A stretch of DNA of 46,410 nucleotides, taken from the IMG/VR virus record IMGVR_UViG_3300033487_000012, positions 1 through 46,410 of that record. One strand, 5' to 3'. The position numbers and the translations under genes are program-made. Positions 27,476 to 36,580 of this stretch are shown one piece after another (position 1 is the first letter of the stretch; each line of letters opens with the position of its first letter). The stretch comes from a virus (taxonomy: Duplodnaviria > Caudoviricetes). Below the pieces are notes generated by a model. It had not been told where the DNA came from, searched no databases, and saw only the letters and a program-made list of their open reading frames with translations.

Positions 27476-30400
27476 GTGGCGACCCGGTTTTATCTACATA
27501 ATTCCGCTGCTCCCTATTCCCCCGCCTCGTTCAAGGGAGCGTGGAATGCTACCGGGTCTGCGGTCACAAAAGCTCTCGACGCATCTAACAGTCCTTCCAC
27601 AACACAAACTTCCGTAGGTGCCGCAGAAACAAGCACGGATACTGAGTACGATGTTCTGCTCTTTCGTGGTGTCTCGGGCAAACTCAAAGCGGGGACCATT
27701 GGGACAGGTACGGTTGATGTTCTAATTCCTGTCTCGGAAAATAACGTTGCCGCGAACTTCAACTGGCATGTTCACATCTACGTTACCCAAGGAGACTCTG
27801 ATTCAGTTCGTGGGACGCTACTGGCGGATTACCGAGAGTCTGCTGGTACAAATGAATGGACGGATGGTGGTGACGCGAACCGATATGGTACTGCGCTCAA
27901 TACCAGCCAATCGCTCTCCTCGGTTGTCGTTTCGGATAATGATCGTATTGTTGTCGAACTCGGATACACGGCACGGAATAGTGTAGCGACGAGCTATGCC
28001 GGGTATCTGACGTACGGGGGGGCTTCGTATGCTCCCGAGCTTGTTGTTACAGGGCGACACGACCTTTACGGTAAAGGATGGGTCGAGTTTTCAGAAACGA
28101 TCTCCACCAAGGAGCAGGCAAGGGCCACACAAGCCGCTATTGAGGTGTTGGTCGATACGGGGGCCACCTCACAAGCCCGTGTCACACAGGCTCCTGTTGA
28201 GGTGCTGGTCGATACCGGAGCTACCTCACAGGCACGGGTGACACAGGCTCCAGTTGAAGTTCTCGTTCTTTCCCCGCCCACCGTTCGGTTTTATCTCGCC
28301 AACGTAGCGGCACCTTTCACCCCTACCAACTATCGAGGCGCATGGGACGCCACAGCGTCGTCCGTCACGAAAGCCCTCTACGGGTGGCCCAAGGGTACGA
28401 CCCAAACCAGCGTTGGCATTGCAGAAACATCCACGACAAATAACTGGGATGTGCTACTTGGCCGGTTTGTGTCCTCGCCTGTTGACGCACAGACCATTTC
28501 GGGGACCATTTCTGGTTATCTCGTCTGTCTGGAAAATAACGGCGCGGCGAATGACATGCTGCATTTGCATGTCTACGTCACAGCGGGAGACACAGACACA
28601 GTACGTGGCACGCTGCTGACGGACTACATCGGCACCGAGTTCCACACGACGCGGCGCGGTCTATTCATTCCTAAGCAAACGCTGACGCCTGTTACAGCGT
28701 CTGCCGGGGATCGCATTGTTGTTGAAATCGGGTATCAGGCTCAGAACACCAGTGCGACCAGCTATACCGGCACCATCGTCTACGGAGCAGACTCCGATGT
28801 GGTGGACGTGTACGACGCCACGACCACCTTTGCGTCGGATGCCGCGTCGTACTCGCCGTGGCTGGAGTTCGATAATCTTGTTTTAACCAGTGCTAGTGAA
28901 CTTCGGGTCAGTCAGATTGTTTCGGAAGTTTCTAATAGTAGTCCGGCCACAGATGTTCAACTTCTGGTCAGCCAGCTAGTAGCAGAGGCGTCCAACGCTT
29001 CTCCCAGTGCGGGAGTACGCGCATCACAGTTCGTCATTGAGGCGGTTGAGAATCTTACCTCTCCAGCAATTCGGGCCAGTCAGGTTGTGGTGGAAGTCCC
29101 CACCACGCCTCAATCGGAGTGGGTGTACACCCCCAGTACCGGTTCCCTGACCATTGAGGGCAACCAGCCCACGATTGTTGTTGAAGAACTCGTAACTGGC
29201 GTCACCGTCCAACCGCTTACCGGGGCGCTTGTTATCGAGGGCCAGCAGGCCATCGTCACGGTCGGCCCGTGTATTGTTCCAGAAACCGGCGCACTGGTCA
29301 TCGAGGGACAACAGCCGGATGTTCGCGTCAACCACCTCATTCTGCCCCAGACAGGTGCCCTGGTCATCGAGGGGCAACAAGCCATCGCCAATCTATATCC
29401 GGTTGGCTGGCTGGTGTCGCAGGTCGTTATCGAGGCCGCGTCCAAGTCCACGGCGTCGTCTACGGGGTACATCACCCAGGTCGTTTCCGAAGCACTGAGC
29501 GAAGCCGTTCCACCCAGCGCGCAAGCCGGACAGATCGTCGTCGAAGAAGTTAGTCAATTTCCGACCATCTACGCCCAGGTATCGCAGGTGGTCATTGAGG
29601 TGCTTTGCGCAGGATTCATCTGGGTGGACATTCCGGACTTCGTGCGCGTGCGTCTGAGCTCCATTGACTTCCCAGGCGGTAGCGGCATCGTGCGTGCCTG
29701 GTGTTGGGCGCGGAACGCCACGACGACCATGTACCTACGCCTCTGGGACATCACGAATAGCCGGGTGGCCGGGGAGAGTCCCGAGGTACGACAGGGATCT
29801 CCAACCGAAGTGAACTTCGATGTGTCCATTGCGTCAGGCACCGCCATCTACAAGTTACAGATGACCGCTAATGAATCCAAGGTGGACCTGTTTGCGCTTG
29901 GAACATTGCGCAAGGGCGGGTCCGCTGGTGGGACCGAGTATCCGCCGGTCACACCGCCTCCTCCGCCGACTGAACCCCCCGTGGTCGAACGGCAGCACCC
30001 GTCGTGGTGGTTGGAGTACGATGCCTCGTTAACCGGCCCGTATAGTGAAGGGTGCCATCATCTGGAGGGGTACGGGACGGTATACTATTACTGGTGGGTG
30101 GGCATTACTACGATTGTCAACGGGCGTGAAGGCCCCATGAAGTTTGCCGGGGACTGGGGCTGGCACTATCCCGATGACCCCAGAAATATCGCGGGGTTCG
30201 TCAGCTGGGAAGCGGAACCAGGAGCCACGGCGTACCGTGTCTACATGTTCAACTGCACCAGTCACGCGAACGGGCAGCTATTCGATCCGCACACCAACTA
30301 TCAGAACCTGGGCGTGGCCTACTGGGGAGAAACCTCTCCGAACATGTATCCGGCGGTGAGCATCCATTTTAAAGAAGTTCCGGCGTCCCCAGAAAACTAC

Positions 30401-30487
30401 AGCGGCATCTGGGGCATTGCCGGGGCCACGCACCAGTGCATTTTCTATTCGGAAACGGACGGAATAGAGTGGAAGGAATGGGCATAG
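27476..30487 (+). CDS. Large mosaic tail fibre/scaffold protein (1003 aa)
   Basis: Duplicated ~200-aa domain (RFYL.N.AAP..P...GAW.AT...VTKAL), two kinds of short repeat, a domain paralogous to 23049, Pro linker, aromatic-rich C-terminal domain. Confidence 0.8.
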   Translation: MATRFYLHNSAAPYSPASFKGAWNATGSAVTKALDASNSPSTTQTSVGAAETSTDTEYDVLLFRGVSGKLKAGTIGTGTVDVLIPVSENNVAANFNWHVHIYVTQGDSDSVRGTLLADYRESAGTNEWTDGGDANRYGTALNTSQSLSSVVVSDNDRIVVELGYTARNSVATSYAGYLTYGGASYAPELVVTGRHDLYGKGWVEFSETISTKEQARATQAAIEVLVDTGATSQARVTQAPVEVLVDTGATSQARVTQAPVEVLVLSPPTVRFYLANVAAPFTPTNYRGAWDATASSVTKALYGWPKGTTQTSVGIAETSTTNNWDVLLGRFVSSPVDAQTISGTISGYLVCLENNGAANDMLHLHVYVTAGDTDTVRGTLLTDYIGTEFHTTRRGLFIPKQTLTPVTASAGDRIVVEIGYQAQNTSATSYTGTIVYGADSDVVDVYDATTTFASDAASYSPWLEFDNLVLTSASELRVSQIVSEVSNSSPATDVQLLVSQLVAEASNASPSAGVRASQFVIEAVENLTSPAIRASQVVVEVPTTPQSEWVYTPSTGSLTIEGNQPTIVVEELVTGVTVQPLTGALVIEGQQAIVTVGPCIVPETGALVIEGQQPDVRVNHLILPQTGALVIEGQQAIANLYPVGWLVSQVVIEAASKSTASSTGYITQVVSEALSEAVPPSAQAGQIVVEEVSQFPTIYAQVSQVVIEVLCAGFIWVDIPDFVRVRLSSIDFPGGSGIVRAWCWARNATTTMYLRLWDITNSRVAGESPEVRQGSPTEVNFDVSIASGTAIYKLQMTANESKVDLFALGTLRKGGSAGGTEYPPVTPPPPPTEPPVVERQHPSWWLEYDASLTGPYSEGCHHLEGYGTVYYYWWVGITTIVNGREGPMKFAGDWGWHYPDDPRNIAGFVSWEAEPGATAYRVYMFNCTSHANGQLFDPHTNYQNLGVAYWGETSPNMYPAVSIHFKEVPASPENYSGIWGIAGATHQCIFYSETDGIEWKEWA
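28115..28267 (+). repeat. 57-nt tandem repeat (about 2.7 copies) encoding QARVTQAPVEVLVDTGATS
   Basis: Units start at 28115, 28172, 28229. Confidence 0.9.
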
Positions 30488-30559
30488 GAATTCAGCTATT
30501 GACTCTACCCATAAGCTGTGGCACGGTATGTGCGATAGTTTGACAGCGGATGATAGCGT

Positions 30560-31135
30560 ATGACAAGCATCGCGGATCTGGAACGAGACACCTACGACGC
30601 CATGTGGGAGTTGCCCCAGTATCAGGGCGAACCGTCCCCCGGCGCGCAGTTCGCTCCGCTGTTTTCGACCATTGCGTTGCCCCGGTCTACGGTCCTGGAC
30701 GCGGGATGCGGCAATGGGAAGGGCGCGTTGACCCTGGCCTCACAAGGATTCTCGGTCTACACCTGTGACATCTCCTCAGCCGGGTTGCCGCCCATCTGGC
30801 CGCTGCCGTTTTTTCAAGCGGCCGTGTGGGATGACCTGACGGGGTGGAATGACGGTACCTATGACTGGGTCTATTGCTGCAACGTGTTGGAACACCTGCC
30901 CCCGCAGTTCACGATGCTGGCCGTGTCCCAGATGCTTCGCATCGCCACGCACGGCGTATTCCTGACCGTATCGACGCAGCCCGATGGATTGGGCATCTGG
31001 ATTGGGAAGTCACTTCGTCCTACGGTGCAGGGGTTTACGTGGTGGCGGGATTCGCTTCGGGAATTAAGCATTGTGTTCGAGGCGCGTGACCTGGTCGGGG
31101 CGGCGGTGTTCGTGTTGGAAGGGAGGGCGACATGA
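30560..31135 (+). CDS. Class I SAM-dependent methyltransferase
   Basis: VLDAGCGNG motif I, CDIS, YDWVYCCNVLEHL. Confidence 0.88.
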   Translation: MTSIADLERDTYDAMWELPQYQGEPSPGAQFAPLFSTIALPRSTVLDAGCGNGKGALTLASQGFSVYTCDISSAGLPPIWPLPFFQAAVWDDLTGWNDGTYDWVYCCNVLEHLPPQFTMLAVSQMLRIATHGVFLTVSTQPDGLGIWIGKSLRPTVQGFTWWRDSLRELSIVFEARDLVGAAVFVLEGRAT

Positions 31136-31980
31136 GCGATACGCCCTTCCAGGTATTCGAAGGGTTGACGTTGGAAGCATCCCTGAATGTCGAGGATGCT
31201 CAGATTGCCGAGAACGTCCGCTACGCCATCCGCCAACAGCATCCCCAGGCCTGGCCCCATCCTCCACAAGCGGACCGCGTGTGTCTGGTCGGGGGAGGCC
31301 CGTCGCTGGACGATACGTTACCAGAGCTGGTCGCGTTGTTGAACGAGGGCGCACGGCTGGTCACGGTGAACGGGTCGTACCAATGGTGTCTGGAGAGGAA
31401 CCTACGGCCCACGGCCCAGATCGTGGTGGACGCACGCCAAAGCAACGCCCGGTTTCTGGAGCCGTACATCCCGGCGTGCCGCTACTTCTTGGCCAGCCAA
31501 TGTCACCCGGACTCCTGGGATGCGGTCCAGGGCCGTCAGTACGTGGCCATCTTCCACAGCGCCGCCCCGGACAACGCGACCCTGAAACCCATTCTGGATG
31601 AGTACTACTTGAACACCTGGGCTCCGGTGTCGGGGGGCAGCACCGTCATCCTCCGGGCCATTTCCTTGCTCCGGGTGATGGGGTATCTGCGGTTCGACCT
31701 GTTCGGCGTGGATTCCTGTTTCCTGGGGGACGCGCACCATGCCTATCCCCAGGCGGAGAACGATGCCGACAAGCGGTACAAGGTGCGAACGTGTCCCACG
31801 GGACGGCCGGATCTGGCACGAGATTTCTGGGTGACGCCGTGGCACCTGGCCCAAGCCGATGACTTCATCCGGTTCGTCAAGTATGAGGGCGATCATTTTC
31901 TACTGAATGTGCATGGCAATGGGTTACTTGCCTACCTCCTCGCGTCAGGCGCGGAGGTTCCCCTAGACCCGTCTACGTAG
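31132..31980 (+). CDS. Maf/DUF115 (MptE-like) putative glycosyltransferase
   Basis: VCLVGGGPSL, VTVNGS...P...VVD, LASQCHP, GGSTV..RA, FDLFGVDSC. Confidence 0.75.
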   Translation: MSDTPFQVFEGLTLEASLNVEDAQIAENVRYAIRQQHPQAWPHPPQADRVCLVGGGPSLDDTLPELVALLNEGARLVTVNGSYQWCLERNLRPTAQIVVDARQSNARFLEPYIPACRYFLASQCHPDSWDAVQGRQYVAIFHSAAPDNATLKPILDEYYLNTWAPVSGGSTVILRAISLLRVMGYLRFDLFGVDSCFLGDAHHAYPQAENDADKRYKVRTCPTGRPDLARDFWVTPWHLAQADDFIRFVKYEGDHFLLNVHGNGLLAYLLASGAEVPLDPST

Positions 31981-31990
31981 GAGGAGTGTA

Positions 31991-32446
31991 ATGGCCGCAG
32001 GCACCTGGAAGGTTTTCAACACGTTCAAGAGCCGGATGGGGTTGGCGACGTGTGCGCTGAACGGCAACTTCAAGTTGGCGTTCTTCAGCAGCGCGAGCAA
32101 CCTCAAGACCAGCGCATCGGCCCTGGCCCGAGGCATCTACAATTCGCTCACGAATGAAGTGGCCGCTGGCAACGGGTATGTGGCCGGGGGCTACGCGCTG
32201 GCCGGGGAGAATTGGACCCAGGTTAGCGCCAGCAAGTACAAGTTCATCATCGACAACCTGATTGCTACCGCGAGCGGCGGCACCATTCCGAACATCAAGT
32301 TCGCGGCGATCTATGCCTCGGCCGCGGCCTCGGCGAATCGGTACCTGGTGTGCTACGTGACCATCAGCACCGCGCAGTTCACGCTGGCCGCGAACAACAC
32401 CATCACGATCCAGACGCCGACAAACGGCCTGTGGACCTTGGCGTAG
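31991..32446 (+). CDS. Small tail/fibre subunit protein (151 aa)
   Basis: FKLA...S, NEV..GNGY.AGG..L, LVCY, T..NG.WTL pattern of a widespread phage minor tail family; SD gaggag. Confidence 0.7.
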   Translation: MAAGTWKVFNTFKSRMGLATCALNGNFKLAFFSSASNLKTSASALARGIYNSLTNEVAAGNGYVAGGYALAGENWTQVSASKYKFIIDNLIATASGGTIPNIKFAAIYASAAASANRYLVCYVTISTAQFTLAANNTITIQTPTNGLWTLA

Positions 32447-32462
32447 GGGATAGGGGGCAGAT

Positions 32463-32627
32463 ATGGCCGCGAACAAGCAGACGTGTCTCATGTGTGAGAA
32501 GACTGTAGAACGGGAACCGGGGACACCCCCGCTGGAGGATTGCCCGACTTGCGGACATCCGTTCCAGAAACCTATCGTCGTCACACCACGCACGGGCGAG
32601 ATGGGTGCAAAGGGAAACAAGCCGTAA
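32463..32627 (+). CDS. 54-aa zinc-ribbon protein ending in one PxTG-type repeat (not in ORF track)
   Basis: MAANKQTCLMCEK...DCPTCGHPFQKPIVVTPRTGEMGAKGNKP; purine-rich SD; fills the gap between genes. Confidence 0.65.
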   Translation: MAANKQTCLMCEKTVEREPGTPPLEDCPTCGHPFQKPIVVTPRTGEMGAKGNKP

Positions 32628-32654
32628 GACAACCGGGGCAAAGGAGCGACGGAC

Positions 32655-34505
32655 ATGGCGATTGGTAGCGATTTTGAAGTCCAGGTCGATGGCGACATTC
32701 GCCATGTGGCTGGCACGACGCACTACACGGTTATCGACTTCCACCGATGGCTGGGCGGCCTCATGGACGATGCCGCCGCCTCGGGCGACGATGTGCTGGA
32801 CATCACGGACTCCACGGCCTCGGAGCGTTCGACCGACAACATCATCACGCTGAAAGCGCCGTTCAACATCGACGATGACGCAGCCCAGTATCTGTACGAC
32901 GGCTCCATCATCCAGAAGGGCGGCGACGAAATCTATGACGGGCTGGTCGTCATCGCGGCAGCCGGGATGCACCTCCAGATTGTCCAGAATGGGGCGCTCA
33001 TCTCCCCGAACTACTGGACCACGGCCTGGAACGCGGACGCCGGGAACGGTATCAGCCATCGTCTGATGGTGAAGGTGCGGACGGCCGGGGCCGACATCGA
33101 CGGTCGCCGCTTGATCGGGCAGACCCGAGAGTGGGGATACACCTACTCGGAATTCAAGATCAACGGCACCTCGCGCGGCAACAACGTCATGGCGTTGACG
33201 TATGCGACGGACCTGAACAACCAGACGCTCATCGCCACGATTGCTGGCTACACCGACATCACAAACACCGAGGGCTATCGGACGCTCGACATCAACGGGG
33301 TCGGGAACTACTTCTCCGAGTGGAACAAGGCCGCGCACACCATCAACGATTTCTACGAGAGGATGAAGTGGGTCACGCGCCGGGCTTCGGGTACCACGCT
33401 GTACGGGTTGAACGGCGAACTGCTGCGCGGCATCACCCACGAGATTGACGTGGACACGCCCTCGGCCACGGATTTCTCCGTCACCGAGAAGGTGACCTGG
33501 CCCACCGGCGAGGGCTGGATGTTCGCCATCAACGATGTCAACGCACCTACGAAGATGTGGATTCAGTTGACCAAGGGTGTAGCCCCGACCGATGGGCAGA
33601 CCATCACGGGCTTCACCTCGACAGCAACGTGTCTGGTCAACGTCACGGTGACGGAACGGCCGCTGTCCTTCCCGTGGTGCGGGGCTTCTACGGGTTCCTC
33701 GATCATCGGTTCGTACGGGTTCGGTATCGAAGCCGCCGACCTGACGGCCTCGGACAAGGTGTTCGACCTGACGAACACGCAGCACATTCCACCCAACAAC
33801 GTGCAGTTCACGGTGGGCGGCTTGATTGCGAGTGAAGACCGTGTGCTGGTCACGGCGCTGGCGTACCTCATCGAGTACGACACAGAGGCCAACGGTCCCT
33901 TCGTGGACGGATCGACGCTGACGTTTGGGGCCGGTGGCACGGCGAAGCTGCTCATCCTGACTGACGAAGGCACGTCGGGTCGTATGGTCGTGCGGATGCT
34001 GACGGGGGATGTGCCGCTGAACGACGAGACGATCACGGCCGGGGCCGTGACGGCAGCGGTCAACGGTGCGCCGGTCCCGACCATCGACGCGGAACAGTTC
34101 ACGCTGGCCGCAACGCTGAACGGTGGAACGGTGACCGATATCGTGGTCAACGAAGTCATCCCCAGCGACTCCCCGGCCACCGGCACGATCCGTATCCTGC
34201 GAGCGAATGGCGTCTACACGCGCCACGAGTACACGGGGATCGACTACCCGAACAAACACTTCATCATCGACTCCACGGATTTCTCCGGCAACAACGCGGC
34301 AAGTGGAGCCGGGGTCTACATCAGCTACATTGACGACATCGCGGGTGCGGCGTCCATGAGCTTCACCAGCGTGTATCTGGCGAACCGTAACCTGTTCATC
34401 CGAGTCAGGGACGGTGCGGCCACGCCCATCAAGACATTCGAGACGACGGGTGTTCTGGGATCGGCCGGGGGATCGTCCACGGCCATCCGCACCAGCGATA
34501 CGTAA
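32655..34505 (+). CDS. Large virion structural/fibre-associated protein (616 aa)
   Basis: SD aaggag; Thr/Gly-rich beta protein with capsid-like codon bias. Confidence 0.75.
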   Translation: MAIGSDFEVQVDGDIRHVAGTTHYTVIDFHRWLGGLMDDAAASGDDVLDITDSTASERSTDNIITLKAPFNIDDDAAQYLYDGSIIQKGGDEIYDGLVVIAAAGMHLQIVQNGALISPNYWTTAWNADAGNGISHRLMVKVRTAGADIDGRRLIGQTREWGYTYSEFKINGTSRGNNVMALTYATDLNNQTLIATIAGYTDITNTEGYRTLDINGVGNYFSEWNKAAHTINDFYERMKWVTRRASGTTLYGLNGELLRGITHEIDVDTPSATDFSVTEKVTWPTGEGWMFAINDVNAPTKMWIQLTKGVAPTDGQTITGFTSTATCLVNVTVTERPLSFPWCGASTGSSIIGSYGFGIEAADLTASDKVFDLTNTQHIPPNNVQFTVGGLIASEDRVLVTALAYLIEYDTEANGPFVDGSTLTFGAGGTAKLLILTDEGTSGRMVVRMLTGDVPLNDETITAGAVTAAVNGAPVPTIDAEQFTLAATLNGGTVTDIVVNEVIPSDSPATGTIRILRANGVYTRHEYTGIDYPNKHFIIDSTDFSGNNAASGAGVYISYIDDIAGAASMSFTSVYLANRNLFIRVRDGAATPIKTFETTGVLGSAGGSSTAIRTSDT

Positions 34506-34509
34506 GACC

Positions 34510-34544
34510 AAGGGGCCACGGGATATGCCCGTGGCCCCTTCTTG
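34510..34544 (+). terminator. Stem-loop/terminator
   Basis: Perfect 13-bp stem AAGGGGCCACGGG/CCCGTGGCCCCTT, 5-nt loop, short T tail. Confidence 0.6.
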
Positions 34545-34557
34545 AACGGGGTGAGCC

Positions 34558-36384
34558 GTGGCAGTCGCAACATACAACACAGACCTCCAGTTCGTCAATG
34601 AGGCTGAGGCCACCACGGGCTGGTCCGAGATGACGGGGCGCACCAGCGGCGGTGCCGCCACGCAAGAAGATCGCTCCTATATCCAGAATACCTATTGCGT
34701 GTCGCAGTCTACCGGCACGGCCACGGGCAAGACCGCCGGGCTGCAGTACGATTACGGCAGCAACATCACCTGGACAACGGGCTTTGTTTTTGTGGTGTGG
34801 CAGTACTGGCAAGCTCCGAAAGCTATCGACACCTGGGCGAATGGGGGAATGCGCTTCGGTGTCGGGTCCACGGCGGGGAACGTGGACCTGTGGAATGCAC
34901 AGGGCAACGACTACGGGCGCAACCCCTACGGCGGTTGGACGAACGTCGCTATTGATCCCACATACACCTACGATGAGCGGATTGGCACGCCATCGGCCGG
35001 GGCGTACCGGATCTTCTGTTCGGCCCCGAACATGTTGTCTGCGGTCAGCAAGGGCAACCCGCATTGCGTGGACGCGATTCGCTACGGACGGGGACAGATC
35101 AAGGTCGAGCTAGGCGACTCGGGCGGATACGGCACGTTTGCGGGAATGGCAAACGCCAACGACGCCAATACTGCGCGGTGGGGATTGTTCTCCCTCCAGT
35201 TCGGCACCTACCTCTGGAAAGGATTGATGAGCATTGGCACGGCGACCAATGCGGTTGACTTCCGGGACAGCACGCGCACGATTGTCATTGACGACACGCC
35301 TCGGACCTACGCGGATTTCAACAAGGTGGAGATTCGTCATGCCAGCAGCCGCGTAGACTGGAGTGCAATCACCTTCCTAACCCTTGGCACGTTGTCCAAG
35401 GGCCGGTTAGAAGTCGTGGACGATTGCGATGTCAATATCACCGGCTGCACCTTCGCGGGAATGGACACGCTGATTTTCAAAGCGGCCAGCGACGTACTGC
35501 TGTCCACCATCCTGAATTGCGGCATCGTCACCGCGAACGGAGCGAAGTTCAACGGGACCGTGTTCACGGGCTTTACCGGAGCCGCCGATGCGTCCCAGCT
35601 GGTGTGGGACACGAACACGGACCTGGACGGCAAGATCGACGGCTGTTCGTTCACCAAGGGTACCAACGCCACGCACGCCATTCAGTTGGGCACGACCAGC
35701 CCCACGTCAGTCACGATTCGGAACTGCACTTTCAGCGGCTACAACGCCAGCACCGGCCAGCAGGATTCAACCATTCTGGTGTCGCGCACCACGGGGACCG
35801 TGACCATCAATCTGGTCAGCTGTAGTGGAACCGTATCCTACAAGTCTGCGGGAGCCATCGTCAACATCTCCGCCGACCCGGTGACGGCACTGGTCAACGT
35901 CAAGACCCTCGCTGGGGTGAACATCCTAGGCGCGACGGTCCTCCTGAAGACTTCCGCGACAGGGGCGTTCCCCTACAACGTGACGGTGACGATCACCAAC
36001 TCGGGTACGACCGCAACCGTCGCGCACACTTCACACGGCATGGTGACAAATGACAAGGTGCTGATTAAGGGGGCCAGTCTTCAAGCCAACAACGGGGTGT
36101 TCAGCATCACGAAGACCAGCGACAACGAGTACACCTATCAGATGGCCAGCTCTCCGGGGAGCAGTCCGACCGGCACGATCAAGTGCTGGTTCGTGGTGCT
36201 ATCGGGAACGACGGACACGGACGGCAACATTTCGATGAGCCGGGTGTTCTCCGTAGACCAGCCGGTGTCGGGATGGGTGCGGAAGAGCAGCGCCCAACCC
36301 TATTACAAGGAAGCCGCATTGGGCGGGACGGTTGACTCGGCCACGGGCTACACCGCAAACGTACAGATGATTCCGGATGAGTGA
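34558..36384 (+). CDS. Tail spike/fibre-like protein with parallel beta-helix region
   Basis: Repeated GCTF/GTVF/GCSF/NCTF rungs; C-terminal T.AH..HG...D.V.I.G...NG.F.IT module. Confidence 0.65.
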   Translation: MAVATYNTDLQFVNEAEATTGWSEMTGRTSGGAATQEDRSYIQNTYCVSQSTGTATGKTAGLQYDYGSNITWTTGFVFVVWQYWQAPKAIDTWANGGMRFGVGSTAGNVDLWNAQGNDYGRNPYGGWTNVAIDPTYTYDERIGTPSAGAYRIFCSAPNMLSAVSKGNPHCVDAIRYGRGQIKVELGDSGGYGTFAGMANANDANTARWGLFSLQFGTYLWKGLMSIGTATNAVDFRDSTRTIVIDDTPRTYADFNKVEIRHASSRVDWSAITFLTLGTLSKGRLEVVDDCDVNITGCTFAGMDTLIFKAASDVLLSTILNCGIVTANGAKFNGTVFTGFTGAADASQLVWDTNTDLDGKIDGCSFTKGTNATHAIQLGTTSPTSVTIRNCTFSGYNASTGQQDSTILVSRTTGTVTINLVSCSGTVSYKSAGAIVNISADPVTALVNVKTLAGVNILGATVLLKTSATGAFPYNVTVTITNSGTTATVAHTSHGMVTNDKVLIKGASLQANNGVFSITKTSDNEYTYQMASSPGSSPTGTIKCWFVVLSGTTDTDGNISMSRVFSVDQPVSGWVRKSSAQPYYKEAALGGTVDSATGYTANVQMIPDE

Positions 36385-36580
36385 GATGGAACTGTCCCGG
36401 CGGAATGGCGCGACGGTCGAACAAGCGTTACGTCAGATGACGTGGAAGATTGAGGAACAGCAACAGCGGATTGACGGACTGGTCAATTCGATTTCGACGT
36501 TGGTAGCGCGGATGGAAGCCCTTGAACAATCCGTCGCTCGACAACGGATTGTGTCAATGGGCCGTGGACCGACAGCATGA
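36377..36580 (+). CDS. Small coiled-coil protein
   Basis: Overlapping start/stop with both neighbours; heptad pattern. Confidence 0.6.
   Translation: MSEMELSRRNGATVEQALRQMTWKIEEQQQRIDGLVNSISTLVARMEALEQSVARQRIVSMGRGPTA

Noticed and set aside
28115-28267. Tandem repeats as a CRISPR array
   Set aside because: In-frame 57-nt coding repeats with synonymous changes and no unique spacers
23370-30487. Diversity-generating retroelement or shufflon acting on the fibre paralogs
   Set aside because: No reverse transcriptase or invertase in the window, all paralogs are on one strand, and I saw no near-identical repeat pair differing only at adenines; an element outside the window cannot be excluded
32403-34661. 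752-aa ORF on the minus strand
   Set aside because: Antisense shadow of the strongly codon-biased 616-aa gene; no recognisable motifs. The same applies to most other overlapping ORFs in the track
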